This document shows, piece by piece, positions 1 through 9,800 of a stretch of DNA of 28,361 nt. This stretch comes from Chiloscyllium plagiosum. Taxonomy: Eukaryota. The stretch's first letter is position 1. Every line of letters starts with the position of its first letter. Location of the stretch: assembly GCF_004010195.1 (NCBI RefSeq), contig NC_057755.1:3047286-3075646 (forward strand). The letters run 5' to 3'. A program made the position numbers and the translations under genes. The notes beneath the pieces are model-generated. The model had not been told where the DNA came from. It made no database searches and saw only the letters and a list, made by a program, of their open reading frames with translations.

Positions 1-564
1 CCTGTACACGATGGAGCCATTCAATGCCCGATCATTCGTTCATCCATATTGTGCAGGGCATCCATTCTGAGACACCGTGGACTGATTCAATTCCTCTGCT
101 ATAGTTCATACAGCATGATTATATAATTCTGGAAGCAATCTGAGCTATTGAGACACCGAAACCAAATACAGAAATGTTGTAATCAGTGTCCGTGCTAGGT
201 CTCTCCCATTCTTTGTTTTACTAATATCAGTTATCATTGTGTGGATGTTATGGTCTTATGCGAAACTCCAGCCAGTCTGAGTAACTTATAAAGCAGCTGA
301 ATTCATCCAACGCCGACCTTAAACCAACATTGAGTAAGTTACTGTGTTTCTTTGAGAACTCATGTTCTTTCCATCATCTTTTTTTTTAAAAAAACTGCAA
401 GTGATTCATTTAGAGAATGTTTGTTGGTGTGGTTCAGATGCTTTCAACTTCATATGACATGGAACAAAAAATATCTTTGTGTCATTACTCACGGTCTGGG
501 CTCAGGAAGGAATAATGTTTGATCAGTAGCATCAAGTTTCTTTTTTCCTTTCTTTTTCTTCCAG

Positions 565-1451
565 TTACTCTAATGCTAATTGTATTCCTGGCTCGAGGCA
601 GGTGTGGTCTTTCAAAATGCAGCACTCACTATCTGGTGGCCATGGCAGTGTCTGATCTACTGTTCATTGTTATTCATTTCGTACTCTACAAATTTCTACG
701 TTATTATTATGCACCGTGTTTCCTGGACATTACTCCTGTTTGTAGTGTTATCTATGTCCTGGTCTGCTTGACCATTGATTGCTCTGTCTGGTTCACTGTT
801 GCATTTTCTTTTGATCGATTTGTTGCCATTTGTTTTCATCAGATGAAAACTAAGTATTGCACAGAGAAAACTTCGATGAGAGTTCTAACAACAATCTGTG
901 TTTTCTTTGCTTTAAAAAACATTCCCAACTACTTTCGATTTAAACCTGGAAAGATCAGCAATAATGTTCCATGGTACTGTTATATCAGGTCCAGTTATTA
1001 TCATGATCCTCGGTGGAAAAGTTTTCAATATCTTGAACAATTTTTAACACCATTTCTCCCATTCACGTTTATTCTCTTTATTAACACTCTGACCGTCGGA
1101 CACATCTTCGAGGCTATTAAGATGCGTAAAGGACTGAGAGGTCAGAGAAAAATAGACAATGATCCCGAGGTAGAGAGCAGACAGAACTCTGTGGTTTTAC
1201 TCTTTGCCATATGTGCCAGCTTCATACTTCTCTGGTTGGTTTTTGTCTTAAGTTTTTTTAATGTTGCTTATTCCTTGAAGTCTGCTGCTGCTTCTCTCTT
1301 TCAACAAGTCGGATATATGCTACGGGACTTAAATTGCTGCACAAATGCATTCATTTACGTGGTGACACAGAGAAATTTCAGAGACCAGTTGAAGGATGCC
1401 GTGAAATATCCAGTTATGAAAATAATTCAGTTGATGGACTCGAAACGTTAA
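565..1451 (+). CDS. Main (second) exon of a class A orphan GPCR, probable G-protein coupled receptor 139-like (shark-expanded GPR139/GPR142 family); 5' exon lies upstream of the window
   Basis: The ORF 519-1451 encodes the family signature RGRCGLSKC..YLVAMAVSDLL (TM2 D2.50), TM3 CSVWFTVAFSFDRFVAIC, KYCTEKT, TM5 TPFLPF, ICL3 DPEVESRQNS, TM6 FILLW and TM7 NCCTNAFIY. A long polypyrimidine tract plus CAG acceptor ends at 564, so the TTG start at 519 is intronic; phase-1 exon start at 565; TAA ends at 1451. Confidence 0.88.
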
Positions 1452-1516
1452 CTCTGTTTCTGTCGACACAATGCTAGCTGATCAGGTGTACTTTATTTCA
1501 ACACTTTTCCATTTTA

Positions 1517-1559
1517 TTGTGCGTTCTCTCCTGCCCTTTCTGCAGGAGAGAACGCACAA
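1517..1559. repeat. Perfect 18-bp inverted repeat with 7-nt loop, just 3' of the GPCR stop
   Basis: TTGTGCGTTCTCTCCTGC (1517-1534), loop CCTTTCT, GCAGGAGAGAACGCACAA (1542-1559). Confidence 0.9.
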
Positions 1560-1605
1560 AGACAAGTGGCTAATAGTAAAAGTTTTAGAAAATGAAGATG
1601 AGCTA

Positions 1606-1611
1606 AATAAA
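1606..1611 (+). promoter_or_regulatory. Candidate polyadenylation signal of the GPCR
   Basis: First AATAAA ~155 nt after the stop codon; no transcript evidence. Confidence 0.35.
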
Positions 1612-1724
1612 TTATAGCGATGAGACAATGTTTTTCAACAGAATTATGAATTTGAAAATGAGCTGAGGAGTGCACCAAAATTCAAGGTGCATTCGACAGC
1701 AAAGAATGTTAGCTCAGAAAACAA

Positions 1725-1915
1725 CAGGATTCTGATCAGATGGAGTTTAATTTAGATGATTGTGAGGTGCTGCACTTTGGAAAGGCAAATCAGCACAGGA
1801 CTTATACACTTAATGGTAAGGTCCTGAAAGCGTTATTAATCAAAGAGACATTGGGGTGCAATTTCATAGTTCCTTGAAAGTGGATGGACGGATAAATAGG
1901 ATAGTGAAGGCGGCC
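1725..1915 (+). mobile_element. CR1 LINE ORF2 (RT C-terminal) fragment
   Basis: CAGATGGAGTTTAAT...TGTGAGGTGCTGCACTTTGG...GGACTTATACACTTAATGGTAAG closely matches 24458-24630 of the large CR1 copy. Confidence 0.8.
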
Positions 1916-2199
1916 AGGTAGAGGATACCCAGTTTGTCTGCTGTTTAAAGTAATGCTTCACTGATTGGCAATTTCATAAACCTCTCAGAGAACACTATGT
2001 GTCAATGACCATACTAATATTGACTATACTTCAGAGGGAGTTGGTGCAAACAAACAGAATGACCCGTTCCAGCTGATGTCTTTGCATCGGAAATGAAGGA
2101 AGGTGGAAATACAATAGGGTTAAGCCAAGAATGTGAGGGCTTGCATAATGTTCAGAATGTCTGTGAGCCTATCTCTAAACATTTATTTCTCTGTATGCA

Positions 2200-2262
2200 T
2201 GTGTGTGCGTGTGTGTGTGAGTGAGTGAGTGAGTGAGTGAGTGAGAGAGAGAGAGAGAGAGA
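2200..2262. repeat. Compound microsatellite (TG)n-(GAGT)n-(GA)n
   Basis: Directly visible. Confidence 0.95.
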
Positions 2263-2404
2263 AACAACAGTTCTGCCTTCAATGGGACATAATTTGAATC
2301 AATTCAAATGTAATGAATAAAAGTCTCCAATTCTGTCTCTCTGCCTGTGTCACTTGTCTTTAAAGTTGTACAATGTCAGTATCATGAATCACAAAGTGAC
2401 AGGG

Positions 2405-3260
2405 TCATAGAAATGTACAGCGTGGAAACAGGCCCTTCAATCCAACTCGTCAATGCTGACCAGGTATCCTAAACTAACCCAGACCCTATCACTCTAAAGC
2501 CTTCCTTTTCATATACCCATCCAGATGCCTTTTAAATGTTGTAACTGTACCAGCCTCTACCATTTCCTCTGGCAGCTCATTCCATACACACACCACCCTC
2601 TTCGTGAAAAGGTTGCACCTTAGATCCCTTTTAAATTACCCCCCCCCCCCCCCTCACCCTCAACCTATGCACTCTAGTTCTAGACTCACCCACTCCGGGG
2701 AAAGACCTTGTCGATTTACCATATCCATGCCCCTCTATAAGGTCACCTCTCAACCTCTGATATCCCAGGGATAACAGTGCCAGCTGATTCAGCCTCTCCC
2801 TATAGCTCATACCCTCCAAACCTGGCAACATCCTTGTAAATGTTTTCTGAGCCCTTTCAAGTTTCACAACAGCCTTCTAAGCAGAGAGAACAGCATTGCA
2901 TACAATATCCCAAAAGTATCATAACTATTGTCCTGTACCAGGTTATAGTTCAACAGGTTTATTTGGAAGCACTAGCTTTCGGAGTGCTGCTCCTTCATCA
3001 GGTGATTGCGGAATATAAGATCGTACGACACAGAATTTAATGGTTTAAGACCTTATGCTCCACAAACACCTGATGAAGGAGTCAGCATTCCAAAAGCTAG
3101 TGCTTCCAAATAAATCTGTTGGACTATAACCTGGTGTTGTGTGATTTTTAACTTTGTACACCCCAGTCCAACACCGGCATCTCCAAATAGTGTGCTGTCC
3201 AGTCGCAACATGATCTTGCAATTCCTGTACTCGATGCTCTGACTGATAAAGGAAAACACA
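2405..3260 (-). mobile_element. CR1 LINE 3' fragment, interrupted by a Penelope-derived insert at ~2937-3188
   Basis: The minus ORF LERAQKTFTRMLPGLEGMSYRERL..RLRGDLIE is the CR1 ORF2 C-terminus; the CR1 3' UTR/tail is at ~2405-2480. Confidence 0.85.
2937..3188. mobile_element. Penelope-like element terminal repeats in inverted arrangement (family B), with hammerhead-like motif
   Basis: Arm 2937-3004 is the near reverse complement of 3067-3135. The minus strand 3001-2973 reads CTGATGAAGGAGCAGCACTCCGAAAGCTA. Same family as 28091-28361. Confidence 0.75.
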
Positions 3261-3278
3261 ATATGTGTCTTTCAGTAA

Positions 3279-3326
3279 GAGCAGTACGGTGGCATAGTAG
3301 TTAGCACCGCTGCCTCACAGTGCCAG
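3279..3326 (+). mobile_element. HE1/V-SINE tRNA-derived head fragment
   Basis: GGTGGCATAGTAGTTAGCACCGCTGCCTCACAGTGCCAG matches the head of the 17307 copy. Confidence 0.65.
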
Positions 3327-3795
3327 CATCTGCAGTCCTAGTTCCCAGCAGCAAACACTCATTTGTTCATTCTTTTTTTTGTAAAAAGCTGCTGTTCCAA
3401 GTTCAAGGTTCAATTCTCAACTTTGACTCACAGGTCTAAAGCTAGAATGAGAAAAATAAAAGTAGTGAGGGTCCCAACAGATGAAAGATTGTTAGGGGAT
3501 ATACAGGAATGTACAGTTGAGGTTAAAATCAGGTCAGCCGTGACCTTATAGAATGGCACAGCAAGCTTGAATGGCCAAATGGCTTATTCTCGTTTCTTGT
3601 TCATATGTTCCTCCTGACGCTGTTTCTGGAATGAAGCAGAGTCACATGACATTGATATTGGGCATCTGATGTCACATTGGAAGATAAGACTTGCACAGAT
3701 GGAGATGAGATGCCCCTTATAGGATATGAAGGTGGAGCATGAACATACAGGACTGAAGTTTGGCTGCAATATCCAGACAATTAAATTGTTAGTTT

Positions 3796-3898
3796 TTATG
3801 AAATGAACGTATCTATCCCCAGCGTTAATCCAGGTCTGGATTCCACCAGTGATTTCAGGTCTCTCTGTCCCCTTCTGCTGAACTTATTTCCCCACAGC
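3796..3898 (-). CDS. NLR coding exon 10, terminal LRR cap (LWGNKFSRRGQRDLKSLVESRPGLTLGIDTFIS*)
   Basis: Acceptor TGTTTTCCAG at 3899; typical NLR C-terminal LxGNxF..G...L motif; TAA ends at 3796. Confidence 0.88.
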
Positions 3899-6800
3899 CT
3901 GGAAAACAGTAAGTGAGCAGACTGAGTAACATGGAAGCTGAGGCAATGCTTCAACAATGTTGCCAATACTACCAATTGACATGACGGCACATAAAAAATT
4001 AACTCACCTAACATGCACCAGACTCCTGCAGGTCAGTATGAGATGGCGGAATGAAGGGACAGATTGGTCTGTGAAGAAGTTTGATTCAAGGGACAGAACA
4101 ACCAGAGACCGGTTTGTACTGAGTGCTGAGGTCAAATCTTTAGCACAATCATCTGTAAGACAATTTTCATCCAAGCTTGGATCCAAGGAAGAGAAAGAAC
4201 ATGAATTATTACAAGTGATTGACATGCCATCCACCACATTCAAAGTCCATTCACTTCACAAAGGATCCACACTGACAGTAGAATGGACCATTTACAAGTT
4301 GTATTGATCAATTCCACCGCCACCCTTGACCATTCGCAAGGAACAACTCAGGAGTATGATCTGATAATTCCCACTTGCCTGGATCTCCAACAACACTCAA
4401 CAAGCATGGAAACCTGCAGAACCAAGCCGGTAACCTGACTGGCACCACATGCACAAGCACCCACTCCTTCCACTCAGTAGCAGCTCTGTATGCTATCTGC
4501 AAGAGACACTACAAACATTCACCAAAGATCCTTCGCCAGCACCTTCCAACCATCGATCATTTTCATCTAGATGGATAACAGCAGAAGATACATGGGAACA
4601 TCACCCCCTCCAAGTCACTCACCATTCTGACTTGGCAATATTTTGCTGTTTATTGAGTGTTGAGTCAAAATACTGAAATTCCCTCCTTAACAGCATTGTA
4701 ATCCTAAAACACGGACTGCAGTGGTTCAAGAAGGAAGCTTGTCACCACCTTCCCCAGGGCAACTAAAGATGGGCAGTAAATGCTGGCCCAGCCACCAACA
4801 CCCACATTGCACAACTGAGGTTTAAGAAATCCCAAGTATATTTCAACAGAAACTTTAAAAATCCTTACACTCTATCAGCGAGGCTGAGAAATGACAGTAG
4901 CTTGATGTTGAAACTTTATTGCTGGAACAGCACAGCAGGTCAGGCAGCATCCAGGGAACAGGAGATTCGACGTTTCGGGCACAGGCCCTTCCTCTATCAG
5001 CGAGGCTGAGAAATGACAGTAGCTTGATGTGTTAACATCACTAATGTTAGGGAAATCACCTTCGAGTGCTCCGTGCTGCATAAAGTAGATGGAGAATAGT
5101 GCTGAACCTCAAAAATCCAGGTAGCCCTTTCAAAGTCCACCCTAGCTGACTTAACAGTTCATTTCACAAAATTATTGAATGGATGCGCTGTTCTCCACCA
5201 TTCCTGGCTCTGTTTCAATGCACAATTCATGTCTTTACATCCCCTTTCAGATCGGAATCTGCAGATTTCACTTCGGTCAGGACACTCCCCGGGATTAGTA
5301 GCCCCTGCGCCATTCGCTAGTCACCAAACAGCTTCTTCAAGTGTTTTGAACCACAATGCTCTTTTGAGCTAAGTGATGGATGGCGACATCCCAGAGAGGA
5401 ACAGTCCAAAACCAGATGGCAGTTTTCTAAGGTGAAAAAGGAATGATTTAAAAAGGACCTAGGGAGCAACGTTTTCACACAGAGAGTGGTGTATGTAAGG
5501 AATGAGCTGCTACAGGAAGTGGAGAAGGCGGGTATAGTTACAACATTTAAACGGCGTCCGGATGGTTATGTGAATAGGAAGGGTTTAGAGGGATATGCTG
5601 GCAAATAGGGCTCAATTACTTTAGGATGTCTGGTCAGCATGGCTGAGCATGATTGAAGGGTCTGTTTCCTTGCTGTACATTTCCATGTCTCAATTACTCC
5701 ATCTGAAAATTTTACTCAGTAGGAAAACCCATATTCAGATGCCAAGGCTTTGTGATAGGATGGGAGAGCTTCCTTATCAGCATACACTTGCATCCTCCCA
5801 TGGAGCATGTCTATTCCTTAACTGGAATGACTCATATGTTAGTTTGCAGTGTGCTGCAACCAGCCCCATTTGCAGATTTTTGGCCTGGGCATCAGAGCTT
5901 GGAAATAGTCCATCCTGGCAAGAATACTCATTTTGGAGCAGCTCTAACATTTGCATGAGACTTTATCAAACACCTTTTGACTTTTTCCTTTCCGATTTTG
6001 AACACAGCCACTTTTGCATTTGCTTCGTGTGGACAATTGTGGAACCACACAGTACTAAAGAGGCTTTTTAGCCAATAAAGACTGTATCACCATCTATATA
6101 CGACGATCAACGCTAGTCCCACTTTCCAGCACCAGGTCCATAGTCTTGAGTATTATGACACTTCAACTGCTCATCCAACTTGGGAGGTTTCCCACCTCTA
6201 CTGCCCTCCACAGTGCACTCTACCATCCTCTGCCTGAAAATATTTCTCCTTAAACCCTTTCTGAACCTCCTGCGTTTCAATTTGAAGTTATGCTCCCCTG
6301 TTATTGAGTCTTCGATTCAGGGGTGCAGCTGTTTGCTATACACCTTGTCCATGCTCTTCATAAACATATACACCTCAGTCAGGGCACACCTCAAACCTCT
6401 CTGCTCCAAAGAAGACAAGATGAGCTTATCCAGCCTGTCTTCATTACTCAGAGATTTCATCTTATCCCAATGCTCTGCAACGATAATTATTGGGTTAAGC
6501 AGTAATGGGTTCACCTATTCCCGGTCTGCTGTCCTATGAGAACAACAGCTTTTAGTGTTATCCCTGCAGCATATGTTTTGGTCAGTCAGAGTTCAGCTGG
6601 TTGACATTACTATTGCAGGTCAATAGGAAAATGATCAATATGGCTGAGTTGCCTTGATGTAAGTTTGCTGTGGGAATGAATGCCATCTTGCAAGTCCCAG
6701 ATCCCCGACTCCCAATATTCAAAAAGAGTTTCGTTCACATTTGTAATAACTCTGCCTGAAGGGACAATCATCTCACATAGATTAATCCCAGCAAGATGGA

Positions 6801-9800
6801 TTTCCTTGTCTCAGGCACTGACAGCTGAGGAAATTCATTTAAAGTCACCATAACCATCAGGGAGGTACAGCTGGTGGTGGTTTAAACTGAGAGTCACCAC
6901 CCTCAGCCAAGAAGGGTATTCCTTTAATGATAATCTCAGCTGGTGTGGAATTGAACCCACGTTGATGGTAATGCTCTGCATTACAAAGCAGCTGTCCAGC
7001 CAAGCAAGCTAAAGTGACCCAATAACTGTGCAGTGTGGGTATAGGCTTTTGAGTCAGAGGCCAGAAAAATGACTGTCCGAAATAATGGGAGAAAGTGAGG
7101 ATTGCAGATGCTGGAGATCAGAGCTGAAAACGTGTTGCTGGAAAAGCGCAGCAGGTCAGGCAGCATCCAAGGAGCAGGAGAATCGACGTTTCGGGCATGA
7201 GACCTTCTTCAGGAAGAAGAAGTTTCCTGAAGAAGGGCTCATGCCCGAAACGTCGATTCTCCTGCAACTTGGATGCTGCCTGACCTGTCCGAAATAATAC
7301 CCACATCTCTGTTATTGTTGCACCTACCTCAGGCGGCTGAATCACTCAGGAGATATTAGCTGCCTAAAACGATCATATGTAGTATTTATTATTAAAATCA
7401 TTGATCCTAAGAACTATGTATCCTATCATATCCAGTTATGAAACACAAAAGTACTATCATCTCATAGTTACCGTAGATCCTGTAATTTACATTCTGGATT
7501 CTTCAGAAATGCAGAAAATATTCTTAGTCCTGAATCCCGCAGTTTGTTGTAACTCAGGTTCAGAATTTTCACTGACGTGTTTATGTTGAGAGCAGAAGAG
7601 AGATCCAAGGCACAAGAGTCCGTGAGATCAACCACTGTCAACCTGGATAGCAGAAAGAGAGGGTTGAGAAAGGGAGGGAGAGGGAGGGAGACAGAAAAGC
7701 ATCAGTGAAGTGGCAGCATTTCCTTATTTTGATAATACTGTCAGTAATGAGCAGTGACAAATGTCTGATTAGTAGATTTGCAACACAATCATCAAAGATT
7801 GTTACTTACTGCAAATCTTGTATTTTACATTCTGAGTGCCTTAAAGCAACAGACAGATGCTTGATTCCAACATCTCCCAGTTTATTAATACTCAGGTTCA
7901 GATCTGTTAATGATCGGTTTGCACAGAGAGCAGAGGCGAAATCCACAACACAAGATTCAGTGACAGCAACAGATTGCAACCTGGTGATCAGCGCATTGGG
8001 AAAATAAGAGAAATGGGAGAAAAACTGAGCAATTAATACACTGTCATCGATGGTGATAAGAATGCAGTATATATTAGAACATTTGCTGATATATTAACAT
8101 GCAGTACTTAAAAATTGGAATTGGCATAATTAACAATATACTCAATGGTGGACGACAGATTATTCCAAACAGAATTTCACATGATCTGATACTCACTCCA
8201 GTTTCTGTATTTTACAATCACAATTCTGCAAAGCTGAACACAGTAATTTCAGTCCTGAGCCTCCTAGTTCATTATTACTTAGCCTAAACACAGGAAGACA
8301 AAATGAGGAAGAAAGGTCACTTAATTATCAGTTAACATACACCTTCACTGTCGCAGATATAGGAAAATAAGGAAAGAATTCACTCTGTTGTGTCATTCAG
8401 TTTAATGAAGTACAGTCAGTTCTGATTTAATGCACGATTTCTCTTGCAATCTCAAGTTATAGGAAAGTCACACAATATCAGCGCCATTTAAACTAATGGG
8501 GTCGGAAGCATGTTCTATCTAATACGGGTAAGGAAGGATCGCATTCTACAAATAATGGTCTAAATTCTTCAATTGTGTTAAAGCCAATTTACGTTGAAGA
8601 AATGCATAATTATAGAAAAGACTGTATTGGCTTGGGAAAGCATTAATTTATTGTTGCATTTAGTGTCATTTCCCGAAGAGAATTACCCTTCTGGAAGCCA
8701 AGTGACAAGACATATTATGGTTACGGATATTTCCATAATATCTGTTGTGAATTTATTGGAATAGATTGGCCACCAAATCAAAGGACAAACCAGTGCTTTC
8801 TTTCACTTAGAATTTTGTGCACCTTATCAATCGGTAAAATAATTCAAGGAAAGTTATACTATGGACCATGGTGTTCCTGTTTGCGGTCAAATACACAGCA
8901 CAAGATGGCATATGTTGAAACAAGCTTTGTTTTGTCAAGTTTCATGTCTTCATAGTCCCTGTACAGTCAGTTGATAGTGAGTGAGCATCACTTACTTGAT
9001 TCCCTACTGAAGTACTTTTAAATTGAAAAAAACCCCTTGTTTTGATGGAATCTTACTGAGTTCTCCATCCATGACCTTGCGCCTAATGTTTCCTTGCACA
9101 CATAAGAGGCTGGTTACAGCTCTTCCCTCAGCTGGACCTCTAAAAGTGAATTCCTATGGTTAATCCAGGAGTGGGGACAGAAGTGAAATCTCCCACAATT
9201 CACTCACACAACTGAATTTAAAGATCAATATAAGGTTCTGTTTTGGCCCTTCATTTACGGTGAATTTCCAGCAGTTGCTAACTGTGGTGAAAGGGTTAAA
9301 ATTGTGTCCCAATACATGTGTGAATCTAACCGAAAATGGAAGGTGTCGCTTAGTCCCGTGTGAATCTTATTATACACCTTCCCGTGTGAATCTTCCTATC
9401 TGTATGTAACCAGAATGGAATGTGTTTTTTAGCCTTGCTCTGCTGTTCACATGCATGTTTATATCTGGACAAGAGTATATCAGCTGGAAAAGTCTCCAGT
9501 TCGGTAGAGTCTGCTCCGGGGTTGCGTTTAACCGCCGAGCGTGGGTTGTTGGCAACCACTCTACGAGAACTGACGGCTCCCAGTTCCGGTAACACGTAGA
9601 GTGAGTATAAACCAGACCCGTTGTAAGTACGAGACCTGGTTGTGGCGACGCTGCGGGGAATAAAACACTTATATTCTAGCAGACTCGCCTCTTGGCTGTT
9701 TGTCCTGTGTCAGACTACTTTCCTGCGAGCCTGGTCCTTGACCTTAAGAATTTTTTAAAACAACCATGTACAGGCAAGCGGTTATATTTAAGAATGGCAT

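Noticed and set aside
287..339. TATAAA followed by a GTAAGT donor as GPCR promoter/exon 1
   Set aside because: No ATG-initiated TM1-encoding frame precedes this donor; the expected exon 1 is not recognisable in 1-564.
519..564. ORF-track start MISSIKFLFSFLFLP as the GPCR N-terminus or signal peptide
   Set aside because: It is a TTG start running through a polypyrimidine tract that ends in CAG; this is intron sequence.
5649..6539. 140-aa and 119-aa + strand ORFs
   Set aside because: No domain similarity; they partly overlap CR1 remnants and lie in an NLR intron.
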